This document shows, piece by piece, positions 10,006 through 20,698 of a DNA stretch of 64,000 nt (position 1 is its first letter; every line of letters begins with the position of its first letter). The translations under genes were made by a program, and so were the position numbers. The notes beneath the pieces were generated by a model. That model searched no databases, was not told the DNA's origin, and saw only the letters and a list, made by a program, of their open reading frames with translations. Location: assembly GCA_051599415.1 (NCBI GenBank), contig AP039693.1, positions 310,001 through 374,000 of the forward strand, written 5' to 3'. Source of the stretch: Savitreella phatthalungensis (lineage: Eukaryota).

Positions 10006-10890
10006 ATGCGGATAACTGAAAAGCTGGCATTGGCTGGATCTGAACAGCCGACCTGGTCCTATGAGTACTTCCCTCCAAAGACAGACGACGGCATGGCTAA
10101 TCTGCGCGAGCGTATACAGCGCATGGCCAGCTGGGGGCCTCCAGCATTCGTGGACATCACCTGGGGCGCAGGCGGAAGCAGACCTGCGTTGACTGTAGAG
10201 CTGGTTGATGTTGCACAGAACATCTTCAAACTTGACACCTGTATGCATCTCATATGCACTGGAATGCCAGCCGCACAAGTCAAGCAGGCTCTGACGAAGG
10301 CAAGATCGCTAGGCTGCCAGACGATCCTGGCTTTGCGTGGTGACCCGCCATCGGAGCAGGAAAAATGGGAAGCGACTCAAGGTGGATTTGCTTATGCCCG
10401 AGACTTGGTTCAGTACATACGTGCAGAACACGGCGATTATTTTGACGTAGGTGTCGCTGGCTATTCAGATGGCCACCCGGAATGCACGGATGAAGAGCTA
10501 TCTATACATCATCTGAAGGCCAAAGTGGACGCCGGCGCAGATTTTATTGTAACGCAAATGTTCTATGACGCAGGAAAGTTTCTGGGGTGGGTCAACAAGT
10601 GCCGCGCGAGCGGGATCGAGGTGCCGATCATCCCTGGCATAATGCCAATCTCTGCCTGGGAGTCTTTTGAAAGGCGCGTGAAATGGAGTGAAGCTTCAGT
10701 ACCAGAGTCATTCTACCGAATTTTACGTCCGCTCAAGGATGATGAAGCTCGCTTCAAGATGGCAGGCGCAAAGCTCGTGGCGGAAATGTGTCGCACACTC
10801 ATTGCCGGCGGCATCTCACATCTCCACTTCTATACCATGAACCTGGAAAAGGCGACCCGCCAGGTCATGGAGGAGCTCAAGCTCGTGTAA
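10006..10890 (+). CDS. methylenetetrahydrofolate reductase, catalytic TIM-barrel only (294 aa)
   Basis: SYEYFPPKT, FVDITWGAGG, CMHLICT, ILALRGDPP, KVDAGADFIVTQMFYD, IIPGIMPI, HFYTMNLE; ATG at 10006 (MRITEK). Confidence 0.95.
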   Translation: MRITEKLALAGSEQPTWSYEYFPPKTDDGMANLRERIQRMASWGPPAFVDITWGAGGSRPALTVELVDVAQNIFKLDTCMHLICTGMPAAQVKQALTKARSLGCQTILALRGDPPSEQEKWEATQGGFAYARDLVQYIRAEHGDYFDVGVAGYSDGHPECTDEELSIHHLKAKVDAGADFIVTQMFYDAGKFLGWVNKCRASGIEVPIIPGIMPISAWESFERRVKWSEASVPESFYRILRPLKDDEARFKMAGAKLVAEMCRTLIAGGISHLHFYTMNLEKATRQVMEELKLV

Positions 10891-11075
10891 ATTCAGCCGT
10901 ACGTCGTCGCCTTTTCCGCCCATTATCTAAAGTCAAGTAGAAGGAATTGAGCTGTCGACGCGAATGACTGAATGCACGTGCGCAGTGTGTGGAGAAATAA
11001 GCATAACCCCACTTGTCGTTGTTGGAATCGTGCGTGTCATGGCCTTTTCGGTCCGTGCGCTCGGGGTCGTCATCA

Positions 11076-11861
11076 TCAGTCTTTGCTTGTTTCAGTCGCA
11101 GTATCGCCCTCCGGCTGCTGCTGCTGCTGCGCCTGCGATTGCGATTGCTGTCGAGCGCGTTGTCGTCCCTCTTCCTCTTCAAGCGACATACGTAAGGCCA
11201 AAGCGAGTTCCGGATCCATGGAAGGATCCACACCGAATTCGAATCCTTCACTTCCGCCATGATCAGCACCCGCGCCAGATCCTGGCTCGTTACCTGTAAT
11301 AGCCGAGCTTGCCAGCACGTCAGAAACCAAGTGTGGGCCTGGTGAGATAGAGACTATGTGCGAATTTTGCGATGATTCGATCGCTGCGATGAAAGCCTCG
11401 AGCTTTGCGGTATTGACGGCTTCCTCGCCGAAGTTGATGAAGTCGACTGCGATACTATTCTTCTTCATCTTCTTTGCGAGTCTGATTAGCGCATCTTGCT
11501 CGTCACTGATCGGCGAACATACAAACACAATGATGCGTTGGCGCTGATTCTTGTTTTGTCTATGTTTCAGCGCCAACTGAGCAACCTGAAGCGTGTTGAT
11601 GAGTTGCGCCTGACCGTGCACTTTTATACTGTGAAGAGAGGCGAGCATCTTTCCAAATTCATCCGTCAGCGTCGTGAGTACCAGCGGACCTGCGCCGCCC
11701 ATAGCCATGAGACCAACAGAAGATTCTGGGTTGGCCTGTGTCTTAGCCCGAAAGAGCATGTGAACAGCGTCCTTCTGCGCCTCAAACCTCGAGGGCATAT
11801 AATCACCATTCTGGGCCCATTCGGAAGAATCCAGCACCAACATCGTCGCTTCAAGCGTCAT
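11076..11861 (-). CDS. RPN10: 26S proteasome ubiquitin receptor subunit Rpn10
   Basis: MTLEATMLVLDSSEW...GDYMPSRF vWA domain, LALKHRQNKNQRQRIIVF and the UIM DPELALALRMSLEEE; start set at the conserved ATG 11861. Confidence 0.96.
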   Translation of the reverse strand: MTLEATMLVLDSSEWAQNGDYMPSRFEAQKDAVHMLFRAKTQANPESSVGLMAMGGAGPLVLTTLTDEFGKMLASLHSIKVHGQAQLINTLQVAQLALKHRQNKNQRQRIIVFVCSPISDEQDALIRLAKKMKKNSIAVDFINFGEEAVNTAKLEAFIAAIESSQNSHIVSISPGPHLVSDVLASSAITGNEPGSGAGADHGGSEGFEFGVDPSMDPELALALRMSLEEEEGRQRARQQSQSQAQQQQQPEGDTATETSKD

Positions 11862-12402
11862 TGTATCTGCGTTAGGAGGAAATCTGCGCCTATCCTTTGA
11901 GTGAGACGTCGTATCCAGCTGTAGCCATAATTTTGTGGTGCTCGGGTGTCGTACCAGTGGACACGCATGCGTCGACAATCGAGGTCGTCGCACCGATGCA
12001 TCCAGACCACAGTGGAACGGTATTCAACAGTGCTGAACAATTCGATGATAAATACGAGCCTTAGGTGATCATTTCCAGAGTTCCTCGATCGGGCAATCAG
12101 TCAACAAATTGATCAGTCGAATTGATTTGGAAGGCAAGTTCCACCATGCCGCCATTATCATTATAATAATCCAATAGCACTCGATCATCCAGATTTCTCC
12201 GAGTTTAGCACTCCAATCGCGTTTTCACCGCGCACGACAACTGTTCAAATTAGCTATTTGCATATTAAACACCCTGTGGTACTTGTCCTCGCGCTTCGAC
12301 GCCGCGCATTCGCTTCAGTCGCAGGCTCGCAGACGCTTCACCCTCGAGGTGCATGTTCCGCGCGAATCAGGCAGAGTTCTTGTTCATGCGACACTGTGCG
12401 TG

Positions 12403-12969
12403 ATGTCCGGCATGAGGCCAGAAGATCTGACCTTGAACGATTGGATGGCGCGAATACGCGCCCAGAAGTTGAAGCCGACCATAACGAATGCGCATCGCGC
12501 TATATCATCCGCGGAAGGGTGTAGTGATGATAGCACACTCGATCCCATGGTAGCAGAGATACAAAAGCGTCGAAAGTGTTTGAGGAATGCTTCATTGCCA
12601 AGAGCGCCGTCACTCTCGATGAAGAAGTGCGATGATGCGCTAACTACAAAAGTCAAGATGTCCTCGGAGCATTGCAGAAATGAGATTTCCAGCAGCGGAC
12701 CGGCTACAGACCAGCAATCGCCAGCATTTGACGAAGACTTCCCTCTCGACGCTATTGCAGATCAATCCGGTTGCCCAGCTCCATCGCGCATCACAGCAGA
12801 GCAGGATCAGCTTGCTCCATCATCAGGCGTGATCGACTCCTCGCAGGCAAGTCGTGTGCCTCATGTGCCCAGTCCGCGCATCTCAGGCAAGACCTTCTTG
12901 GCTGCATCTGCAACTGAACATGTCGATTCACGCATAAGCGAGATCGCTCAGGAAGATGAGGATTTTTGA
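12403..12969 (+). CDS. hypothetical low-complexity protein
   Basis: About 188 aa from the first ATG; divergent from RPN10; acidic end; no recognised motif. Confidence 0.4.
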   Translation: MSGMRPEDLTLNDWMARIRAQKLKPTITNAHRAISSAEGCSDDSTLDPMVAEIQKRRKCLRNASLPRAPSLSMKKCDDALTTKVKMSSEHCRNEISSSGPATDQQSPAFDEDFPLDAIADQSGCPAPSRITAEQDQLAPSSGVIDSSQASRVPHVPSPRISGKTFLAASATEHVDSRISEIAQEDEDF

Positions 12970-13085
12970 TTGGCCGTCTGATTCTCGCCGACATGAGTGC
13001 CATTGTGCTGGTAGGCGCCATGATTGTGGCGCGACTCTGGCGAGGTCGCTGACGGCCATCTTTCTGTATGCAACACTTTCTCCAA

Positions 13086-15176
13086 TTATCGCTGACGTTG
13101 AGATGAGTGCTTCTTCTGTCCGCCCCTCAATTGTTTGCGCTCGCGCTGCAAGTCCAGGTGCTTCTTGTCCTTGTTGGAGACAGGGCTTGACTTGGAAGCT
13201 GCGCGACTTGCCCCATTGAGTCGGTCAGCGCCTAAGTCTTTTGCTTTCGCCTTGTCAAGCTTTCCTTGAAACCACGTCCGGCGTGGTCGCGACATGATCT
13301 CTTTCTCGTGTCTAATCTTGTTCTCGCCGCGAGCAATCTCTGTCTCTGCCTGCTTGAGCTGTCGTTCCTGCTTTTCGTCATCGAGGATAATTTGGACATC
13401 TGTCTCGAGCTCAATTATATTCTGCACCAAAGCGTCGATGGCAGAGATGTCGACGTTCCGAGTTCTAATGGCCGACTGTAGAGATTGCGAGCTCTTGATA
13501 GCCGCTTTCACCACCTTCCGGTCGACTTCACCCGCGAGTGTCACAGATCGGCCGGGACGCCCGGCACGCGCTGTGCGACCCACTCGATGCAGGTAGATTT
13601 CGTGTGTTTGAGGGGCTTCGTAGTTGATGACGACATCAATGCCCTTGATATCGAGACCTCGAGAAGCAAGGTCGGTGGCTAGCAAGAAATCAACCTGTTC
13701 GTCTCTAAACAGATCAAGCGCCGCGATTCGCTGCTCTTGTGACATGTTGCCGTGTAGTTCAGCGGCTTTCAAGCCGACCACGGCAAAGAGGATCCTTGTC
13801 CTATGGGCCAGATCTTTACTTCGAAAGAAGACGATTGTCCGCCGATGAAAGACAGTCTGACACAAGTAAAGCAGAATTGCAGATCGAGTATGCTCGCGAT
13901 GCGGGCGGATGCGAATAAATTCTTGTGTCAACAACTCTGCCGTACATTGCTTACTGTCGACAAGAAGCCGGACAGGTCGGTTGAGACTTAAGCGAATCAG
14001 GTCGTCAACCTTATCGGTCATTGTGGCCGAGAAGAGCATCGTTTGACGTGATTTGGGACAGGCCGTGATGATCTCGTTCAGCTCGTCAGCAAAGCCCTCC
14101 TCAAGCATGCGATCAGCTTCATCCATGACCATGATCTCGACGGCTTCCACAGTGAAGCCCTGTGAATTGCGGAAATGATCGATGAATCTACCCGGAGTCG
14201 CAACGACTATATCAGGGCGAGTTCGGAGCTCAACTTCCTGAACTTTGAGAGACAGGCCTCCGACCACTAATGCACAGCGAATGTCTGTGTACAACGCGAT
14301 CTTTCGAGCGACAGCATGGCATTGCATTGCCAGCTCACGAGTTGGGCAAAGAATTACCACGCGAGTGGTGGGCACCTTCTTCGGTCTGTACAAGAGGCGC
14401 TCGATGATCGGTACAATGAATGCAGCCGTCTTGCCGGAACCTGTCACTGCTCCACCGACGATATCCTTACCCATCAGGGCAATGGGTATCGCCCGAGCCT
14501 GGATCGGCGTAGCTCGCTCGAAATTCATCGCTGCGAGAGCCCGGACGATTGGCCGTGACAAATTCATCTCCTGGAATCGATCAAGGATTTTAGCGTCCTC
14601 CACGTGTTCTTCGAAGAAATCAGCACGCTTTGCTGCTTCTGCCTGAGCTGTTTCGACGCTCGTCTCTGGGGTTACGCCTTCATCGCCGGAATGAAAAACG
14701 ATTTGCTGCGAGGGGATTTCTTCTAGAGCTTGCTGATTGCCAAATTCAGCCGTCGAGTCATCTTCTGCGGATACCGCTTCTGGGCTTGTGTCGCCGACGC
14801 TCTCACCTGCTTGTTCGACCATCTGGTGACTGCCTCCTTTGCCGATTTTCACCCGTTGACTGTCGGGGTACCTGCGCCTGACAATCTCATCGATATCTAC
14901 ATGCGTAGCCTTGGTAATCAGTCCGCTGTTATCGAAGTGCCACCCGTCTGCTGGACCATGTGAAGCGATCGACATCTCATCGAAGACAAAGTCTTTGACG
15001 AGCGTATTATCGACAAAGTCATTCGCTGTCTTGGGTTTCTTTCTGGTCTGAAGCCCGTCAACAAGCTGCTGGGTCGAGCTGGTGCCGGATCGGTCTGCGT
15101 CCGCTGCGTCGCAATCTTCCACCTCGTCATCAGATTCGATCGTTCCAATTAATTCCCAACCACGCTTTGCCATCAT
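13086..15176 (-). CDS. DRS1: ATP-dependent DEAD-box RNA helicase Drs1/DDX27 (60S biogenesis)
   Basis: [37 protein letters not shown] and the Drs1-typical C-terminal [10 protein letters not shown]; start set at ATG 15176. Confidence 0.93.
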   Translation of the reverse strand: MMAKRGWELIGTIESDDEVEDCDAADADRSGTSSTQQLVDGLQTRKKPKTANDFVDNTLVKDFVFDEMSIASHGPADGWHFDNSGLITKATHVDIDEIVRRRYPDSQRVKIGKGGSHQMVEQAGESVGDTSPEAVSAEDDSTAEFGNQQALEEIPSQQIVFHSGDEGVTPETSVETAQAEAAKRADFFEEHVEDAKILDRFQEMNLSRPIVRALAAMNFERATPIQARAIPIALMGKDIVGGAVTGSGKTAAFIVPIIERLLYRPKKVPTTRVVILCPTRELAMQCHAVARKIALYTDIRCALVVGGLSLKVQEVELRTRPDIVVATPGRFIDHFRNSQGFTVEAVEIMVMDEADRMLEEGFADELNEIITACPKSRQTMLFSATMTDKVDDLIRLSLNRPVRLLVDSKQCTAELLTQEFIRIRPHREHTRSAILLYLCQTVFHRRTIVFFRSKDLAHRTRILFAVVGLKAAELHGNMSQEQRIAALDLFRDEQVDFLLATDLASRGLDIKGIDVVINYEAPQTHEIYLHRVGRTARAGRPGRSVTLAGEVDRKVVKAAIKSSQSLQSAIRTRNVDISAIDALVQNIIELETDVQIILDDEKQERQLKQAETEIARGENKIRHEKEIMSRPRRTWFQGKLDKAKAKDLGADRLNGASRAASKSSPVSNKDKKHLDLQRERKQLRGGQKKHSSQRQR

Positions 15177-15865
15177 CAAAGCCCGAGCTCCGCCAGGGAC
15201 TTTTGACAACTTCTTTGCGCGCTTACAACCGTACCTGATATTGAGCTTGTGATCCGTGCCGAATAAAGCGACAATCTCCACATAGATGTGGAAGGGCGAA
15301 ATTATCGATTCGCGCTGTCACCTGCAGATCCAATCTTGGATACATACGCATATGATATTGCTCTTCCTTGCTCGAAGAAATTTTTCTCAATGGACGACCG
15401 AAAGTGATCAGTACAATCAGTACACCGCAACGGACATACATTACATCGTACGATTTTGGAGACAATCAGGTGAATAAACCGTTTCGATGCCGTCTCACTC
15501 ATTGCTTCCCTGTAGACTGCAGATAATCTATTGACTCCCGGAAGGTCGTATATGTGTCAGCCGTCCTTGCGGTCTGTAGCCAGCCTTCCGGCTCTGAGAT
15601 GCGCATGTATGGTTAACTGACACTCTCACTTTTGGCGGCATTGTCTGGAAGCCTTGCTTCCAGCTTCTCAGTTGGGATTCACATTAACCTTTTGCAATTG
15701 GGCGTCTGATCATTTTTGATCGTCCACTTGAAACACCCGATGTCGGTTGAGGAAGAACCCAAGATTAGCCAGAAAGATGATGTGAGCCTACAACGACAGA
15801 ACGACATAAGCGAACAGAATCTGTGGAATAGTCCACATACACATGTGCCTCAGGCAAGTCTCAGC

Positions 15866-17104
15866 TCAAATCGGCTCTATTGTTGCAACACAAGCTGTGT
15901 ATTGCCGCGCTATTATATCTGCTGAAGCCCGGCCAATCCGGCGTGCCTCAGATGATTGATCTGCATCGCGGCTTCGATCGTCGAGAGTGACTCGCGTAAG
16001 CGTCGTGGCGCCTTGGGCACAGAGCGCATTGTAGAGAGAGGCGCTGCTGTCATACGATGCCGCGACAGCGACCGCAACTTGTCGAGGAATGCGCGGAATC
16101 ACCCGGAGCATCTTCTCGAATGTATCTTGGCGGTCTGCTCCCGTCGGAATCTGGCCGAGATCTGCACAAAAGGCATCGAGCCTGCGCGCCATGGAGTCAC
16201 CTTTGTATGGCGCGGCAGCAATCTCGCATATCAGATCGTAAATGTGAACAGCGGAGTCGTTTGTATCAACTGAATGTGTGATCAGAGCCCCTAAATCGAG
16301 CTGAAGCGTGAATAGCAGATCCTCAAACGCTCCAATCGATGGCATGCAGGTCTTTGATTGGCCCGTAATCTCGCTACCATCGGCGAGACGAGACTTGCGA
16401 ATGCATGCGTCCATGCCCTGCATGACTATGAAGAGCTCGCCGCGGCCACGGGATGCTTCCAACGCAATACGGTTTGCATCATCCGGATTGGCGGCAAACT
16501 CGAGGATAGCAGCGCTCGAAATGCACCATACAGCGCTGGACTCAAGGATGTCGAAGGGCGTGGCTGAATGATATTCACGGAGCTCCTGCTTATATTCTGC
16601 CGTGACGTGTCGTTTGAAATTGAACCAACCTGCCGGTCGTCCCGGTATCTCGGACAAAGGTGCCTTCAGTAGACACGATAACATTGAAACAAGGCTAGCA
16701 GATGTACCAGCGCCGTAGTGTACGGATAGCTCGTGTACTGATGAGTCCTTCCCAGTACGTCGCCTGTTCACCACTCTTGGTAAGAGGACGTTCGTCGCTT
16801 CACGAGAGTGACCTGACTGATTCCCCAGCGATGCTGAACAGGGCGATCTCTTTTGCTGCAGGCCGTGATGCTCAAAAAAGCGAGAAGAAGCATGTGGCAG
16901 CCTTTCGTGTCGAAGGAGACCTGTTTCACGTCGCGCCATTAGAGTCTCTGATCTAAATGCAAGTGGCCTATCATCAGCGTTTATGCTAGATGGTTTGCCA
17001 GTAATGCTTTGTAGCGATGGCAGCTCATCCTCGGTGGCAGCATCACTCGAGAGCACGATCGGTTCCGAAGATGCTGCACCAGAATGCATGATCCCCGATA
17101 TCAT
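15866..17104 (-). CDS. EME1: crossover junction endonuclease non-catalytic subunit Eme1/Mms4 (ERCC4-like plus HhH)
   Basis: FEDLLFTLQL, IAAAPYK, FCADLGQIPTGADRQDTFEKML..IPRI and RRIGRASA resemble the fungal Eme1 C-terminus. Confidence 0.75.
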   Translation of the reverse strand: MISGIMHSGAASSEPIVLSSDAATEDELPSLQSITGKPSSINADDRPLAFRSETLMARRETGLLRHERLPHASSRFFEHHGLQQKRSPCSASLGNQSGHSREATNVLLPRVVNRRRTGKDSSVHELSVHYGAGTSASLVSMLSCLLKAPLSEIPGRPAGWFNFKRHVTAEYKQELREYHSATPFDILESSAVWCISSAAILEFAANPDDANRIALEASRGRGELFIVMQGMDACIRKSRLADGSEITGQSKTCMPSIGAFEDLLFTLQLDLGALITHSVDTNDSAVHIYDLICEIAAAPYKGDSMARRLDAFCADLGQIPTGADRQDTFEKMLRVIPRIPRQVAVAVAASYDSSASLYNALCAQGATTLTRVTLDDRSRDADQSSEARRIGRASADIIARQYTACVATIEPI

Positions 17105-17418
17105 GACGGGTATGCCGATGCATGTTGTGATGCGTTTGCATTTCTATGAGCCGCGCGAGACTCGAGAGCTTGGCTGTCGACCGGCTTTCGGAAGGTGGCC
17201 ATCAGTGTATGGTCAACTTACACGTCGATTGCGCAGGTACTTGCCTCGATCATATTCGACCAGGCTCATATATTTATGCACAGATCATATGATCGTAATC
17301 TAGTAGACAGTCCAATTGATTAAATTATGAAAACCTCACAACTTGCTGGACAGATGCAGATCAGAAAAACTTCATGAAAACAACGGCGGACTGTAATGAG
17401 CGAAGCTTCAGACACAAG

Positions 17419-18270
17419 ATGCTGCTGAGCTTCAAAAGCTCATTACTTCTGTTTTTGGCCGATATTGTATGTCTGTCACTCGCGGCTGGTACTTCTACCA
17501 GTACTGGGGCGTCTGCTTCGATGGCATCTGCTTCTTCGACACCTTCAGCACGAGTGACACTTGTCATCGAGCCAAGCTTTGATACAAACCGCACTACATT
17601 TGTGCTTCTCACATCTACCTCTACATTAGGCGGTGTTGCACAGTCGACAGCTCGTCCATCGAAGCCTTCATCTGACTTGAATTGCCAAATTGACACTTAC
17701 GCAAATGCGACCGGGCCGTTCTGCCTTCCCAACAACGGCTCTCAGCAAATCCAGAACAAGCAGTATTCTGTGACTTGGGATCCGTCATTTGCAAGCGATT
17801 GCCAAAGTGTTACCATCGCGCTTGTGTACCATGGGACAACGACTGGTCAGCTCGTCACTTCCACAAAGCTGGATAATTCCATTGGGTTCTGGAACTATAC
17901 TGTGGACAGTGGTTGGCTAAACATGCAGAGCACGCAGACCGCACAACTACTCATCGTTCCTTATGAATGCTCGGGGACGTCGCAGCCATCTCAACAGACC
18001 GGGCCAATTATTGAGATGCGCAGTAAATTGCAAGTCACGGTCGTCAAGCCAACGAGTCGGGACCGCGTGCTGGGACTCTCGATCGGCCTTCCGCTTGCTT
18101 TTCTTGCCGTTCTAGGCGTCGTGGGGCTTGTCTTTTGGTGGAATTCAGGGCACCGCACTATCCCTGTCTTTGGGAGAGAGCGCGGTTATGACGGCCGCAA
18201 GGCTCGAGCTGTGAAACTGCAAGACATGGACAGCGATGGTCGATATGGCAGGTATCGCGACGAGCCTTAA
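17419..18270 (+). CDS. type I membrane protein (signal peptide, Ser/Thr-rich, single TM), Psg1/YKL077W-like
   Basis: Hydrophobic N-terminus MLLSFKSSLLLFLA, S/T-rich stretch, GPFCLP...YSVTWDP motif, TM LGLSIGLPLAFLAVLGVVGLVFWW, basic cytosolic tail. Confidence 0.7.
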   Translation: MLLSFKSSLLLFLADIVCLSLAAGTSTSTGASASMASASSTPSARVTLVIEPSFDTNRTTFVLLTSTSTLGGVAQSTARPSKPSSDLNCQIDTYANATGPFCLPNNGSQQIQNKQYSVTWDPSFASDCQSVTIALVYHGTTTGQLVTSTKLDNSIGFWNYTVDSGWLNMQSTQTAQLLIVPYECSGTSQPSQQTGPIIEMRSKLQVTVVKPTSRDRVLGLSIGLPLAFLAVLGVVGLVFWWNSGHRTIPVFGRERGYDGRKARAVKLQDMDSDGRYGRYRDEP

Positions 18271-18699
18271 GGACAGCTGCTCGGGGCGACGCGAATGTTT
18301 GATGTTGTACCGACATTGGATGTGGCGAGCTCGAGTTGTCCACAAGTTATGATTCGCAGCCTTCGTACTTCGAGGAGTGGGGCCAATGGTCAATGATCAC
18401 TTGATGGTCTGATAGGCAGGACGCTCTATGATTGTCCGTTGTTAGGTATCGCAGCGGGTCTGCGGAAGGATGATGCGCTATCTCACAAAGTCGCAGTATT
18501 AGTTTCATGCTTGTCAAATGACGATCGAATGATACACTCATTTATCCGGCAAAGTAATTGCACATAACATTTTCCCAGATAAACCTTGGAAACTTCGTTT
18601 ACTCCTTAGCCACTTTCGATGTCATAGGTATATCAAACACCATTCTCTCCATATTTTGTATGCCATGCGCTTGTCATCTGCAACTGTGAACGAGCAGAG

Positions 18700-19329
18700 A
18701 TGCTTCAAAATCTGCCGACGGAAGTGCTAGACGACATATTCGCGTTACTTTCTGCTTACAGCTTGATTCAATGCTCCAAGGTCAGCAGATTACTGCGCGC
18801 ATTGGCGATATCTTCCGGAAGAGCTCGTGTGTACTCAACGTTCGGCGCCGGAGTTTTCAGATACATCTTCGAGGTCGGTCAACCGGCTGAAAATGCTGCA
18901 GGTCAAGCTGTCGAGTTGTTGAGGGATGCGGTCTGTGAATTGCTTGGCGTTGCTGCCCCGCCAAAAGTCATTTTTGCATGCGACTGGCCTTATTCATACC
19001 GCATCACCGACTCATGCTTCATTCAGCTTACTGCTGTCGGTACACTACTCGAGATGCGGACAAATGAGGTCATCGAAGGCGTGCAGACTCACTGTCACGG
19101 TCACATCCGAGTCAAAACGACGTCGTATGAAGCTGTGGGTGATCAGCAGCTGTTCATCATCAACGAATTCGCTACTCTACAATCGCGGCTTGTCGCAAAA
19201 AGCGGAGAAGACCACACTATTGTCTTCGAGCGGATCCTAGTCGACCTCATGCATCTCGTTAAGATGACAGAGGATTTACGGAAATGCTCGTCTATTATCC
19301 TGACTGGCATTCGACACGTTCGAGCGTGA
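18700..19329 (+). CDS. F-box domain protein
   Basis: N-terminal LQNLPTEVLDDIFALL...LIQCSKVSRLLRALA F-box consensus. Confidence 0.75.
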   Translation: MLQNLPTEVLDDIFALLSAYSLIQCSKVSRLLRALAISSGRARVYSTFGAGVFRYIFEVGQPAENAAGQAVELLRDAVCELLGVAAPPKVIFACDWPYSYRITDSCFIQLTAVGTLLEMRTNEVIEGVQTHCHGHIRVKTTSYEAVGDQQLFIINEFATLQSRLVAKSGEDHTIVFERILVDLMHLVKMTEDLRKCSSIILTGIRHVRA

Positions 19330-19374
19330 GCGCGACGTCATCATGTCCGAAAGTCTCGGGGTTCCATTGCCTGA

Positions 19375-19884
19375 CTATCGCTTCGGATCGAGCAGGCGCT
19401 TGACAATTTTGGCTTGAACAGACCTGGGCGTAGAGGCTTCATCAATTTCTTGAGTGAGCGCCGACAACACCCGGCCCATATCCTTGGGCCCTGCTCCTAA
19501 CCGGTCAATGACCTTCTGCACTGCAGTTTGGACCTCAACTTCAGATTTTGAAACAGGCAAAAATGATTGAAGCACCGCGAGCTCTCGTTCTTCCACTTGA
19601 GCCAGGTCAGGCCGTTTTGATGCGCGAAATTTGCTTGCCGAATCCTGTCGCTTTGAGACACTCGACTGGAGGATTTGCAAGATCTGTGCATCATTCGTCA
19701 CAGGCGATGCTGTCTTCGATGCATTCACAACCTGCGCAAGCACATCTTTAATACAATTTACGCGTATCCGATCCCTCGCAATCATAGCGGATTTCACAGC
19801 GTGCCTGAGCGCGATCAGCGTAGATGGTTCATCAAACAGCGTTCTCTCAGAGGAGAATGCCCTTCTCCATAGCCGAAGCAGCAT
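19375..19884 (-). CDS. AIM41: mitochondrial YqeY/GatB-YqeY domain protein Aim41
   Basis: Arg-rich presequence MLLRLWRRAFSS; VKSAMIARD, KRQDSASKF..RPDLA.VE.REL.VLQSFLP, KDMGRVL. Confidence 0.85.
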   Translation of the reverse strand: MLLRLWRRAFSSERTLFDEPSTLIALRHAVKSAMIARDRIRVNCIKDVLAQVVNASKTASPVTNDAQILQILQSSVSKRQDSASKFRASKRPDLAQVEERELAVLQSFLPVSKSEVEVQTAVQKVIDRLGAGPKDMGRVLSALTQEIDEASTPRSVQAKIVKRLLDPKR

Positions 19885-20084
19885 CGCGAAGCCTATTGCG
19901 AAGTGTCTCTCGCAGTTCTTTCTCCTTAGAGCGATTGCGATCTTCCCTTGCAAAGATCAGCTTTTGATCTTCGGTTGCGGACACGCGGGTCAGCTGGGCC
20001 CACGACACCCAGAGTTGCCCTGGCTGCTCGAATGGAGTTCACCGGTCACCCAGTTGCCAAGATTCTTTCAGCCCAATTGCCCGC

Positions 20085-20121
20085 GTTGAGCTACAGATTG
20101 TTGAGCTACAGGTTGTTGAGC
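20085..20121. repeat. short tandem repeat, 15-bp unit GTTGAGCTACAGRTT x about 2.5
   Basis: Seen directly; lies just before a GTCACGTGAC palindrome at 20135-20144. Confidence 0.7.
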
Positions 20122-20134
20122 AGTATGCTCCATG

Positions 20135-20440
20135 GTCACGTGACTGCTGAGCAACATCAATGTGATTGATTAATTGTATATATAATTATATAGCCATATA
20201 TCATGCAATATAAAATATATTTGTGCATGTATACAAGTCTGACACATGTTACATACTGAGTGATACACTGCCTGAAGCTCACGTCTCAAATTAATCAATT
20301 GACTGCTCAATCGATTGACTACTCAGTGAGATTGGACCATATCATGCATGAACTGGTACTTTTTTTATGTTCATTGGAACATATGCATGCATAGTACTTT
20401 AAGTTAATCAAGTCCATATTGGATCGACTACTCAGATCGA
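20135..20440. promoter_or_regulatory. AT-rich divergent promoter between AIM41 and the PX gene, with E-box GTCACGTGAC and TATA-like tracts
   Basis: GTCACGTGAC at 20135-20144; TATATATAATTATATA; TCAATCGATTGA palindrome at 20307-20318. Confidence 0.5.
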
Positions 20441-20698
20441 CTACTTTATAGTTGTACGTCCGATATTGATTTCAGATATCTCCTGAGCCATCTGATTGAC
20501 CAGAACCGCTTCTGCGTCTGAAGACGGGATTGCTGGTGATTTGCACACAGAGTGTGCGGAAACACCTTCTACGTCATAGTCAGCAAACACATATCGAAGT
20601 AGTAAAGACATGAAGGTGTATCGACGAGTACTAGTCGGAGCTTCGACAGTCGAGGGCAGCACAGAGCATCTCCAAGGACATTTCGTCTGAAGCCTGAG

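Noticed and set aside
12061..12130. U3 snoRNA box A-like GATCATTTC
   Set aside because: No other U3 boxes found; it lies in a divergent promoter
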